From Bacteriovoracaceae bacterium (lineage in GTDB: Bacteria > Bdellovibrionota > Bacteriovoracia > Bacteriovoracales > Bacteriovoracaceae), in assembly GCA_965217035.1 (NCBI GenBank), contig OZ244226.1, positions 124,001 to 188,000 of the forward strand: DNA of 64,000 bases, read 5' to 3'. The position numbers and the translations under genes were made by a program. Under the pieces are notes generated by a model, which did no database searches, was not told the DNA's origin, and saw only the letters and a list, made by a program, of their open reading frames with translations. This document shows positions 39,930 to 49,477 of this stretch, piece by piece (positions within the stretch are counted from its first letter, which is position 1; each line of letters starts with the position of its first letter).

Positions 39930-40787
39930 TTAAACATTTCCACTATAAACTTTTTGAATAAAAGCATAGAAATCAGAATAAATTTTTTCTAAACGATTCT
40001 TCTCTTCAGAAGGAACATATCGCCAAGGAATTTTATCCGGATGGTAATGAAGTGAAAGTTCACGAAAAATTTTTTTTGGTTCCTTAGAAACTTTGAAGAA
40101 CTTTTCGACCTCTTCTTGAGGTAAAAGAAAAAAAGATTGAGTCTCTTTATAAACTGCTTTAAGTCGATCAATCAATTCAGGACTCACAACTGAATGTAAA
40201 TCTCCATAATCAGAGGAATCGAGTTTGAATTTAAAAACAGAATCTTTCGTTCCTTTGAAATAGTGGAAAAGTTTTTTGTTCTGATCGAGCAGAATAGAAA
40301 GATTGAACTTTAGTTCATGAAAGCTCAGAGCTTTAATTGTTAATGTGTCTTTATTCTTTAGAACATCTTCAAAATGATAAACGAGTAAAGAATGAAAGAA
40401 GTCCGTTTTTGATGTTACTGTCGGCATCAAGACCTTCATGTAGGCTTGGCTGTTTTTTAATTCAACATCATAACCCATCGATTGAAGTTCTTCGGTAAAA
40501 AGAGCATTTAAATCTTCTCCTCCCCATTGGAGTTTTCGCTCGAGTTCTTGGAAAAAATCAGGATCTTGTCTTTTAAGTGGATCTGCCGTTTCTTCTTCCA
40601 AAAAAGGTTTGAGAGGATTTTGAATGACTTGGGTTTGTTCAAAGAGGCGTTTCTTCTCCTCTACCATTTCATCAATTGATCGCTTCGTTTTTTCAGTTGA
40701 TTGATCAAGCAAGTGCTTAACAATAACAAATGCTATGATAAGAAATGTAATAAGACTCAATATGCTTGGGAAGCTGCTCCCTTCCAT
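39930..40787 (-). CDS. Membrane-anchored protein with C-terminal J-domain (DjlA-like)
   Basis: N-terminal TM; FRELSLHYHPDK. Confidence 0.7.
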   Translation of the reverse strand: MEGSSFPSILSLITFLIIAFVIVKHLLDQSTEKTKRSIDEMVEEKKRLFEQTQVIQNPLKPFLEEETADPLKRQDPDFFQELERKLQWGGEDLNALFTEELQSMGYDVELKNSQAYMKVLMPTVTSKTDFFHSLLVYHFEDVLKNKDTLTIKALSFHELKFNLSILLDQNKKLFHYFKGTKDSVFKFKLDSSDYGDLHSVVSPELIDRLKAVYKETQSFFLLPQEEVEKFFKVSKEPKKIFRELSLHYHPDKIPWRYVPSEEKNRLEKIYSDFYAFIQKVYSGNV

Positions 40788-40790
40788 AAA

Positions 40791-40997
40791 TTAAGACTTG
40801 ATCCCTACAGATCGCTCAAAATCTTCTTTAGATAGCTCTCCTTCTCGCATTGCCTTTTGAACAACGAGAAGCGCTTCCTGATATTGCTCTCTTTCGTTTG
40901 CAGGGATTAGAGTGAGGTCGATATGACGAAACTCATCTAGCGCCGTAGAGTGCTTGATTGTCTTTTTAAGAAGTTCTATTGCTGCCTGGATTTCCAT
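40791..40997 (-). CDS. Small hypothetical protein
   Basis: 68-aa ORF tightly packed between acnA and the J-domain gene. Confidence 0.7.
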   Translation of the reverse strand: MEIQAAIELLKKTIKHSTALDEFRHIDLTLIPANEREQYQEALLVVQKAMREGELSKEDFERSVGIKS

Positions 40998-41002
40998 TTT
41001 TT

Positions 41003-43684
41003 CTACTTGTTTAAGTTCCTAAGAACAAACTGAAGGATCCCACCATTAAGATAATACTGAAGTTCATTTCCTGTATCAATTCTACTAAGCGCCTCGATTG
41101 TTTCTCTCCTACCATCTGAATGCGTAACCTCAACTTGCAGACTACAACCAGGAGTGAAGTTTTCTTCAATTCCAGTAATATTAAAAGTTTCAGATCCATC
41201 GAGCTTAAGAGTTTCTCGATTGACTCCTTTAGGAAACTGCAGAGGAAGCACTCCCATTCCGATAAGATTTGATCGGTGAATCCTTTCAAAGCTTTCAGCG
41301 ATCACGGCCTTAACTCCTAAAAGTCTTGTTCCTTTCGCTGCCCAGTCTCTAGAAGAGCCCGTTCCATATTCTTTCCCAGCAACGACAATAAGAGGAGTCT
41401 CTGAAGCAACATATTTCATGGCCGCATCATAAATTGGCATCGTTTCGCCGTTTGGAATGTATTTTGTATATCCACCTTCTACTCCATCGAGCATCAAGTT
41501 TTTAATTCGAATATTGGCAAATGTTCCTCTCATCATAACTTCATGGTTTCCACGTCGAGATCCATAAGAGTTGAAGTCAGCAAACTTGATACCATTTTCT
41601 TGAAGATAAAGACCCGCAGGAGAATCTGCTTTAATCGCACCTGCTGGAGAGATATGATCCGTTGTGACACTATCACCAAGAAGGGCCAAACATTTTGCTC
41701 CTTCAACATTTTTAGCAGGATCAATTTCTTTTTTCATATTCTCAAAAAAAGGAGGGTTCTGGATATAAGTTGATTGCGTATTCCATTGATAAAGTTCACC
41801 TTCATCAACTGATATCGCTTTCCAATCATCTGTTCCATCCATTGCTTTTGAGTAACGATCTACAAACATCTCGGTCGTAATAGAGGCTTTAACCGCTTCT
41901 TGAATTTCTGCATTCGTTGGCCAAATATCTTTAAGATAAACCGGTCTCCCCTCTGAATCTTTATCAATAGGGTCTTCTGTAATATTAATTTTCATAGATC
42001 CAGCAATGGCATAGGCAACAACAAGCGGTGGGGACGCAAGATAATTCGCTTTCACATGTGGACTAATTCTTCCTTCAAAGTTTCTATTCCCAGAAAGAAC
42101 TGAAGTCACGACAAGATTTCCATCAGTAATTGCTTTTGCAATATTGTCTGCAAGTGGTCCAGAGTTTCCGATGCAAGTCGTACAACCATAACCCACTAAA
42201 TTAAATCCAAGCTTATCAAGGTAGTTTTGAAGACCTGCACTCTCGAGGTAGTCAGTAACAACCTGAGATCCAGGAGCTAATGAAGTTTTAACCCACGGCT
42301 TCACTTTAAGACCTTTTTCAAAGGCCTTCTTAGCAACAAGACCAGCTGCAATCATAACCGAAGGGTTTGATGTATTAGTGCAACTTGTAATCGCTGCAAT
42401 TGTGACATCTCCTTGAGCGACTTGAAAAGATTCTCCATCGACTTCAATGCTTTCATCAACATTTTCAACCTTGAAGTTTTTCTTCAATTCATTTTGAAAG
42501 GCCGTCGATGCCGCCTTAAGTTCAATTCTGTCTTGAGGTCTTTTAGGACCCGCAAGACTTGATCCAACAGTAGAAATATCAAGGTCGAGTGTGTCTGTAT
42601 AAACAGGAGCTGTCGTGGCATCAACCCAGAGTCCTTGTTCTTTGGCATAAGCTTCAACAAGAGCAACTTGCTCTGCTGATCTTCCAGAGAAGCTTAAGTA
42701 ATTTAATGTTTCATCGTCGATTGGGAAGAACCCACAAGTTGCCCCATACTCTGGCGCCATATTCGCAATTGTTGCTCTATCTGCAAGACTTAGGTTCGCA
42801 AGTCCAGAACCATAAAACTCTACAAACTTTCCAACAACACCTTTTTCTCTAAGCATTTCAACAACACGAAGAACAAGGTCTGTCGCAGTGACACCTTCAG
42901 AGAGTTGTCCTGTTAGTTTGAAACCAATAACTTCTGGAATAAGCATTGTCACAGCTTGACCAAGCATCGCTGCTTCCGCCTCAATCCCTCCAACACCCCA
43001 TCCAAGGACAGAAATTCCGTTAATCATTGTTGTATGGCTATCAGTCCCAACAAGTGTGTCACAATAAGCAAGCGTTTCACCGTTATTCTCTTTAGTCCAA
43101 ACAACCTTCCCGATATTTTCAAGATTAACTTGGTGACAAATACCTGTTCCAGGAGGAACCACACCAAAGTTTTCAAAGGCGCCTTTACCCCATTTAAGGA
43201 ATTCATATCTTTCTTTATTTCTTTGAAATTCTAAACTGACGTTCTCATCAAAGGAGTTCGCATTTCCAAAATTATCAACTGAAACCGAATGATCTATAAC
43301 AAGGTTCACTGGTACTTGAGGATTGATCGCTTGAGCATTTCCACCAAGATTTTTCATCGCATCTCTCATGGCCGCAAGATCCACAACTGCGGGAACACCA
43401 GTAAAATCCTGCATAAGAACTCTTGCTGGATAGTAAGCAATCTCGTTATCTGACTTTCTCTTTTCTAACCACTGACCCATGGCCTTAATGTCATCAAGAG
43501 TAACGGTTTCACCATCCTCATTTCTTAAAAGGTTTTCTAAAAGAACCTTCAAAGAAAATGGAAGAGTGGATGCATTGGCTATCCCAGCTTCTTCAGCGGC
43601 TTTCAAACTATAGTACTGGTAGGTTTTCCCTCCCACTTCAAGGGATCTTTTAGTCTTCAGGGAATCCAAGCTGGCTTTGCTCAT
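41003..43684 (-). CDS. acnA: Aconitate hydratase A
   Basis: RVLMQDFTGVP, GTDSHT, ITSCTNTSNP, GYGCTTCIGNSG, TTDHISPAG, GSSRDWAAKG; start ATG 43684. Confidence 0.97.
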   Translation of the reverse strand: MSKASLDSLKTKRSLEVGGKTYQYYSLKAAEEAGIANASTLPFSLKVLLENLLRNEDGETVTLDDIKAMGQWLEKRKSDNEIAYYPARVLMQDFTGVPAVVDLAAMRDAMKNLGGNAQAINPQVPVNLVIDHSVSVDNFGNANSFDENVSLEFQRNKERYEFLKWGKGAFENFGVVPPGTGICHQVNLENIGKVVWTKENNGETLAYCDTLVGTDSHTTMINGISVLGWGVGGIEAEAAMLGQAVTMLIPEVIGFKLTGQLSEGVTATDLVLRVVEMLREKGVVGKFVEFYGSGLANLSLADRATIANMAPEYGATCGFFPIDDETLNYLSFSGRSAEQVALVEAYAKEQGLWVDATTAPVYTDTLDLDISTVGSSLAGPKRPQDRIELKAASTAFQNELKKNFKVENVDESIEVDGESFQVAQGDVTIAAITSCTNTSNPSVMIAAGLVAKKAFEKGLKVKPWVKTSLAPGSQVVTDYLESAGLQNYLDKLGFNLVGYGCTTCIGNSGPLADNIAKAITDGNLVVTSVLSGNRNFEGRISPHVKANYLASPPLVVAYAIAGSMKINITEDPIDKDSEGRPVYLKDIWPTNAEIQEAVKASITTEMFVDRYSKAMDGTDDWKAISVDEGELYQWNTQSTYIQNPPFFENMKKEIDPAKNVEGAKCLALLGDSVTTDHISPAGAIKADSPAGLYLQENGIKFADFNSYGSRRGNHEVMMRGTFANIRIKNLMLDGVEGGYTKYIPNGETMPIYDAAMKYVASETPLIVVAGKEYGTGSSRDWAAKGTRLLGVKAVIAESFERIHRSNLIGMGVLPLQFPKGVNRETLKLDGSETFNITGIEENFTPGCSLQVEVTHSDGRRETIEALSRIDTGNELQYYLNGGILQFVLRNLNK

Positions 43685-43820
43685 AACGTCTCCAAAACAG
43701 AAATTATTTAAATTCAATGCTTATTTACTGACCTATCCTATACTGATTCCAGGGACTTGAAAAGTTTGCCCCCTCTCTGTTAAGGCTTCTTAACAATCTC
43801 AAATCACCGATAACGTCCTT

Positions 43821-44273
43821 ATGAACAAACCAATTTTTGTAGTGACGAGAGCTTCCCATATTGACCACCTCATCAGGCTTTTGCCTTTTATCACGCTCTT
43901 ATTTTTGGGACAATGCTTTTTACTAAAAAGTTTGATTCAAGATGTCGCAATAGGAAACCTTTGTTTAATGATGGGGTCTATCCTGATTATGCTGGTCGGT
44001 TTTATGTACTACTATGATGTCGGTCATTCTGTTGAAGTTTACCAAAATCATATTGTTTCCGATTTTCCTCCCTTTATAGAAAGACAGATTATTCAATTCA
44101 AAGATATTGCAGACATAAGAGTTTCAGACCCAGAGATGGATTTTTCAAATGTGAAAATTATCCTTCATAGCGGTGATGTCTATTCTGTCTTTTTTGTTGA
44201 TCAACCGCAGAAGTTTTATGACGTTCTTAAAAATCAAATGTTTAATATAGAAAATATTGAAACGGCTGCTTAA
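43821..44273 (+). CDS. Membrane protein, two TM helices plus small soluble (PH-like) domain
   Basis: Two hydrophobic helices followed by a beta-rich domain. Confidence 0.6.
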   Translation: MNKPIFVVTRASHIDHLIRLLPFITLLFLGQCFLLKSLIQDVAIGNLCLMMGSILIMLVGFMYYYDVGHSVEVYQNHIVSDFPPFIERQIIQFKDIADIRVSDPEMDFSNVKIILHSGDVYSVFFVDQPQKFYDVLKNQMFNIENIETAA

Positions 44274-45490
44274 AAGCTAAAGCTATCGCCCATTTTCATT
44301 TTAAGGTTCATACTTTCTTTATCAAAATCTTCAAGCTCAAACTGAACTGCTTTTAAAACAATTCCTTGGCCTAAAACTTTCTTTTGAAGTCCGAATGAAG
44401 AAAAGAAAGTTACAATTTCACTTTCCCCCACAACCTTACGAGGTTTCTCCATTGCAAGCATGACAAAATGATGCCCTTTAAAAAAAAGTGTTCCCGCTTG
44501 AAGCCCTTTTTCTGAACCAAATCGAACCAAAACACTCAAAGGCGCAGCTCGATCAAAGTCCCCTGAGGTTTTTGTCATTTGAATAGAAAACTGACAATAA
44601 TTTTCTTCTTCATATTCACATAAAATACGATTTTGATCATAGTCAAAACCTTTTACGGCCAATCGCTCTAATTTCTTTCTATCAGAAAAAAAGAATGAAA
44701 CGTCTTCTTTCGAAAGTAATTTTCCTGCTTCATAGTTGAAGAACCCTTGATGGGACCCAACCATAATCTGTTCTTTATCAAGAATAAAGTCCCCTTCTCG
44801 ACAAAACTCTCTAGGAAGATTTTCTTGTCCATATTTTTCTATGTCTTTAAAGATAGGACAGAAGTGTTGTTTCCGAGGTTTAATATCTTCATTCTCTGAA
44901 TAAATTCTTTGGAAAATTTTTGTAACTTCTTCAGTTGTTAAATCCCCTAATGGTAGAATCAATTTTCTCAGGACTTCTTGCTTTACTCCAATAATTCGAT
45001 GAGATTGATCATCTTCTAGTGCCATAGAATGAAGAATGCTAACTTTATTTCCTCGGTTTTTTCTCGCGATTCGAGCAAAATGTCCTGTGGCAATATAGTC
45101 GGCATTAAGCTTTAACATTTTTTGAAAAAGAGTATACAAAATTATGTGCCCACAAAAATGACAAGGATTATAAGCCTCACCTATTGAACGTTTCTGTAAA
45201 AACTTGTCTCTCAAGTCTGATCGATAAAGCGAGCGAACATCAGTGGCATAAAGAGGAACATCAAAGCGATCGCAAATTTCCTTAATTTTTTTTAAGTTTG
45301 TTCCATGACAATGCGGATTGATGAGCTCATCACTTTCATCTCCAGCGAAATCAATCGCAACTGCAGTTATGTCGTAGTCCTGTTTTTTGAGAAGAAAGAG
45401 TGTCACTAAAGAATCAATCGTGTAATTTAAACCGACAACGACTTTTGTAATTTCTTTATTTCCTTTTTGTGATGATCTTTCCGTGGCCAT
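44270..45490 (-). CDS. Divergent MnmA-like (tRNA 2-thiouridylase fold) protein
   Basis: NPCHFC, ADYIATGHFAR, DQSH, LPLGDL, GSHQG retained; PP-loop SGGVDS replaced by NYTIDS. Confidence 0.85.
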   Translation of the reverse strand: MATERSSQKGNKEITKVVVGLNYTIDSLVTLFLLKKQDYDITAVAIDFAGDESDELINPHCHGTNLKKIKEICDRFDVPLYATDVRSLYRSDLRDKFLQKRSIGEAYNPCHFCGHIILYTLFQKMLKLNADYIATGHFARIARKNRGNKVSILHSMALEDDQSHRIIGVKQEVLRKLILPLGDLTTEEVTKIFQRIYSENEDIKPRKQHFCPIFKDIEKYGQENLPREFCREGDFILDKEQIMVGSHQGFFNYEAGKLLSKEDVSFFFSDRKKLERLAVKGFDYDQNRILCEYEEENYCQFSIQMTKTSGDFDRAAPLSVLVRFGSEKGLQAGTLFFKGHHFVMLAMEKPRKVVGESEIVTFFSSFGLQKKVLGQGIVLKAVQFELEDFDKESMNLKMKMGDSFSF

Positions 45491-45609
45491 AAGTTAAGTT
45501 TACCATGTTTCAGAAAAAATGGGATCTGAAGTTCAAGGATGACTCTACGCTTCAAGGTAAATAGTTCCACTACCAGTCCAGCGACTTCCTAATTCAATAC
45601 AATATCAAT

Positions 45610-46134
45610 ATGAACTATTTAACAAACTCTCAATGCTATCTCATCGACAGAAAAGAGCTCAATAAATATTCAAGTACTCAAACTCCTTTAAACTCACTTA
45701 CTGAGTTTCTAAGATATGATTTCAAAAAAGAGGAAATCGAAACTCTTTACCCTGAAAAACATATTCATAGTGAGTTTGAAATAATAACCTTTTTGGAAAA
45801 AGAGTCGTTCAAGAAATTTCATGGTGAAACTCGAGTCATTAACCGCCTAAAACCTCTCAACCGAAAAATCAAGAATCTTAATCAGCAGGAAAAGTATCTA
45901 CTTCTTATTTTAAATTTCTTTCGCTCTCAAAAAAAAGCACTCATTATAAATAGTCTTTCAATCTTACATGAATCAAATCTTTTAATTCTAACAGATCTTC
46001 TCGCTAGCAGCTTACCAGACTCTCGAAAATCAGTTTATTTGATAGACACTAAAGAACAGCTTTGGAAGAAAGGATTTCATCGTTTTGAAATCAAGTCTTT
46101 AATTCCAAGAGAGATTCAAGAAATCGCTTCATAG
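45610..46134 (+). CDS. Hypothetical protein, possible degenerate ABC-ATPase domain
   Basis: KIKNLNQQEKYLLLILNFF..KALIINSLSIL echoes the ABC signature/Walker B region. Confidence 0.5.
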   Translation: MNYLTNSQCYLIDRKELNKYSSTQTPLNSLTEFLRYDFKKEEIETLYPEKHIHSEFEIITFLEKESFKKFHGETRVINRLKPLNRKIKNLNQQEKYLLLILNFFRSQKKALIINSLSILHESNLLILTDLLASSLPDSRKSVYLIDTKEQLWKKGFHRFEIKSLIPREIQEIAS

Positions 46135-47091
46135 ATATTTTACTGAACAATTCACTTTAAAACTTGGGACAGTGAACTTATTCATAGGTTTTATTCGAAG
46201 TTGAAAAACCTTATTTTCCCCACTCAAATGGATTGAGGCGTGATGAGGCTCCTCAGCTTCCAAGTCAAAATTATCATCCTCAGAAGGTAAATCGATATGA
46301 TAGTCAACAAACTCATAAGTCTCTGTTCCTTTATGAAAGCAAAGAAGTTGAATCATAGAACTATCACTCTTGCCTAAAAGCGGACTTAGTTGAGTTTGAA
46401 ATTTCTGACTTGAACTGAATTTTTTCAACTGTTTATAAAAAATCTTTGAGATATCTTGATAAGACTTGTGAAGAATTTTTTTATCTCTATCTTCTAATTT
46501 CCCAGGTAATTCAGGTAACCCCTCAGATACCCATTGAGAGAAATTTCCTACATAATCAAAATCATGATTTTGATGGAGTGATCTGGCCATCGCTTCGTAA
46601 GCAATATCAACTTCTCTGTTTACATCTTCTTGTACTTCAGAGTCATCAAAATATTTTTCAAAGAAAGTTCTTACCCCTGCACTTTTGGTATTTACGAAAC
46701 TTTGATGTTTAACAAGTTTGAGGCTAAGAGGAATAATTTTATCCTCATAACTCAATAAAAGATCTGCTTCACCAAGTGAATAATCAAGTAAACCTTCTTT
46801 AACTTTTCCAACTAAGAAAATATTTTCAATCAAATCAAATGAAAGTTTAGAATCTTCACAAATTCGATTACAAAAAATATCTGCCAAGTCAGTTAACTGA
46901 ACAGGGAGTTTAGGTTCAAGTATCCTCAGTTCTTTCTCATAATGGGCCAAGAATTTTTGTGCTTCGAGAGGGATCGACTCAAGAAAATTCCGTTCAAGAT
47001 TAGCACATCTTGCTAAGTTTCTTCCCACCAGGTATTCAAAAAGATTCCCTTTAAACTCATTTAAGTAAGCTTGTCTTTGACTTTCTAGCAT
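46129..47091 (-). CDS. PD-(D/E)xK restriction-endonuclease-like protein
   Basis: KGNLFEY, GEADLLL, IPLSLK motif spacing. Confidence 0.55.
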   Translation of the reverse strand: MLESQRQAYLNEFKGNLFEYLVGRNLARCANLERNFLESIPLEAQKFLAHYEKELRILEPKLPVQLTDLADIFCNRICEDSKLSFDLIENIFLVGKVKEGLLDYSLGEADLLLSYEDKIIPLSLKLVKHQSFVNTKSAGVRTFFEKYFDDSEVQEDVNREVDIAYEAMARSLHQNHDFDYVGNFSQWVSEGLPELPGKLEDRDKKILHKSYQDISKIFYKQLKKFSSSQKFQTQLSPLLGKSDSSMIQLLCFHKGTETYEFVDYHIDLPSEDDNFDLEAEEPHHASIHLSGENKVFQLRIKPMNKFTVPSFKVNCSVKYL

Positions 47092-47105
47092 AATAGTCTT
47101 GCATC

Positions 47106-47903
47106 ATGGATGCCCTTTTTGAATTCTACCCTGCAAAGCTACTGAGCGACAAGGCGCCTTGCGGACTCATCTCGATCCCTCATTCGGGGCTTAAGATCCC
47201 TTCCGAATATAGAAATGCATTCATTAAAGACCATTTTGAACTAGATTGTGATGTCGATTTGGCGGTTGATCAACTTCTTGATATTCCTAAAATTCAAGAA
47301 GTTGGTATTCATATTATTAAATATAATTTCCATCGAGTTTTTGTTGATCTCAATCGATCACGAGAAGAAGCCGTTCAAAACTGGGAGGAAAATACGAGAG
47401 GAACACCCCTAATAGAGAAGAAACTCTCTACGAAAGAAATTCTACCCAAATATTGGGATCCTTATTTTTTTATCATCGAACAGTTTATCAGTAACACTCC
47501 TATACCCTTCCCCATCGTCGATCTTCACAGTATGCCTTCAAAACCCACAGAATTTCATTTAAAGAAGAATCCGAATCAAGCAAATGAACGTCCTTCATTT
47601 TGTTTAAGTGATTATCATGGAGAATCTTGTCCTAAAGCCTATATTGAGCTGGCACTTCAAAGACTCCAGAAGTATTGGAATGACTCACGTGTTAACGATC
47701 CTTACTTTGGAGGCTATATCACCCAACATTTTAAAACTTTTGAAAATCCAAATATTCAAATTGAAATCAATCGCTCACTTTACATGAATGAAAAAAAACA
47801 AGAGTTCGATGCTTCAAAAATCTCAGTGTTTAAAGATCAGCTTACAGATTCTTTGGTCCAGCTTTTTACAATTTGGTCCGAAGCTAAAAACGATAGTGTA
47901 TAA
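47106..47903 (+). CDS. N-formylglutamate amidohydrolase family protein
   Basis: SIPHSG, RVFVDLNR, VDLHSMP, NDPYFGGYIT, IQIEINRSLYMNE. Confidence 0.9.
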   Translation: MDALFEFYPAKLLSDKAPCGLISIPHSGLKIPSEYRNAFIKDHFELDCDVDLAVDQLLDIPKIQEVGIHIIKYNFHRVFVDLNRSREEAVQNWEENTRGTPLIEKKLSTKEILPKYWDPYFFIIEQFISNTPIPFPIVDLHSMPSKPTEFHLKKNPNQANERPSFCLSDYHGESCPKAYIELALQRLQKYWNDSRVNDPYFGGYITQHFKTFENPNIQIEINRSLYMNEKKQEFDASKISVFKDQLTDSLVQLFTIWSEAKNDSV

Positions 47904-48823
47904 CCATTTTTCCAAAAGCCCGTCGCATAAAAATGACCGTACTCGTTGACTCCCCAATGAGGAAGACGCTTGCTGGCCTTAGCGCGAAACCCTGAACAAT
48001 ATTTAGCTTCATTGATACAGGGAAGTTCTTTTTCAAAATGAGAACGAAAAACTTGGAATTTTTCTTTTAAATTCTCAAAATCATAAGATCCTATTTCACC
48101 TTCGAATTGTGAGTTCCCAAAAATTAATTGATTAACTGATTTTCGATAAAGAAGATTTAAACCGTCTATTGTAAATGAAAAAGAGTTTTCAAAATCGGCA
48201 TGAAAGCTAAGATAACTTCCTCTGACCTCTTTTAAATTTACTGGATAGGAAATCAAGTTTTTCCATTTAGCTGAGTAGGGTCCCAAACCAAGGAAAATTC
48301 GAGGAGCATAATAAGAATCATATTTGCCTTGAATACTTTGATCATTTTCTTGATAAATAAAATCTTTGACTCTATCAATTTCATAAAGAGAAAGTTCTTC
48401 TCTTAAGCTCTCCAGAAAAACTTCAGGAGTGAATAAATAACCATCTTCCTGGAAAAAATAACAAGTCTTTGATTTATAAAATTTGGGATAACGTCTTTTA
48501 AAATTTTCTATTTTTTCAGAAGTCAAAGAGCACCTTGTTTCGTGAAGGCATTTTTCAATTCCCTTACTTCGATAATCAGAATAAAAATCGAGAAAAGACT
48601 CATGAGCATCAAAAATTTTATCTCCCAACTCACTTAAGCCTTTTTGAACATTTCTTTTAGTAACAACCGCCGTGCTAATATTAGAAACTGGAGGAGCTAA
48701 GTCGGCGGCGGATATTTGTAACACACGATGGTTTGGAAAAGCTTTGAAATAACGATAGAGCAGGAGATTTCCCATTATTCCATCACCGACAACAATTAAG
48801 TTATATTTTGCTTTCACAATCAT
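47837..48823 (-). CDS. FAD-dependent oxidoreductase, DAO/glycine oxidase family
   Basis: IVVGDGIMG, EVRGSY, GFRA, TGFWKNG. Confidence 0.8.
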   Translation of the reverse strand: MIVKAKYNLIVVGDGIMGNLLLYRYFKAFPNHRVLQISAADLAPPVSNISTAVVTKRNVQKGLSELGDKIFDAHESFLDFYSDYRSKGIEKCLHETRCSLTSEKIENFKRRYPKFYKSKTCYFFQEDGYLFTPEVFLESLREELSLYEIDRVKDFIYQENDQSIQGKYDSYYAPRIFLGLGPYSAKWKNLISYPVNLKEVRGSYLSFHADFENSFSFTIDGLNLLYRKSVNQLIFGNSQFEGEIGSYDFENLKEKFQVFRSHFEKELPCINEAKYCSGFRAKASKRLPHWGVNEYGHFYATGFWKNGYTLSFLASDQIVKSWTKESVS

Positions 48824-48837
48824 TTAGGTAACGGAAA

Positions 48838-49281
48838 TTAACTCTTCTTGCAACTAAGTTCGAAAGAATTCTTGGAATCAATCTGATAAGTTTTCTTACC
48901 AAGACCTTTTTTGAGTTTAATTGAAATTCTTTCAAGCGGATAACGTTGTGGAATTTGAGAAAAAAGACTCGCTGGAAGTTTATTGATTGAATATTCCTCA
49001 ACTTCTCTTTTAATTATAAAATCAAGTGTGTGAATATTTGATTTTTTAAATTCAATAAAACTCGTCACGTTATACTGGATGCTTCTGTACTTCTTTTTAT
49101 GGTCCTCGTAATAGCGTGTAGAATGCTTTTGGAAGAGTTGATTCTTACCAGAATATTCAGGAAGAGCATAACTCTTTGATTGAAGAAGTTTTTCTCCTTG
49201 ATAAAGATTAAGTTCACATTTTTGAGCCGCTTGGGCCGTCGAAATCAAGAGCAAAAATGAAAGTAATATAATTCTCATCAT
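48838..49281 (-). CDS. Secreted hypothetical protein
   Basis: Signal peptide ending AQA; a Cys near each end. Confidence 0.6.
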   Translation of the reverse strand: MMRIILLSFLLLISTAQAAQKCELNLYQGEKLLQSKSYALPEYSGKNQLFQKHSTRYYEDHKKKYRSIQYNVTSFIEFKKSNIHTLDFIIKREVEEYSINKLPASLFSQIPQRYPLERISIKLKKGLGKKTYQIDSKNSFELSCKKS

Positions 49282-49477
49282 CTCTATTATAGCGACCATC
49301 AACTTTTATCAAAATCAACAGGTAATTCTTACATCTAAGTGCTTAAAATCTCGTCAATAATTCGTCCAAATAACAAATTTAGGCTAAGCCCCAAAAAAAC
49401 TGAACCAGAATCAAGAATAAGTCTCGTTTAAGTAGGGAAGAATCTTCTTCTATCTTTGAAGCCTTCTTTTTACAGAT

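Noticed and set aside
46129..47091. Complete HaeIII-type (GGCC) restriction-modification system
   Set aside because: No methyltransferase nearby and GGCC sites are common in the window; specificity cannot be assigned
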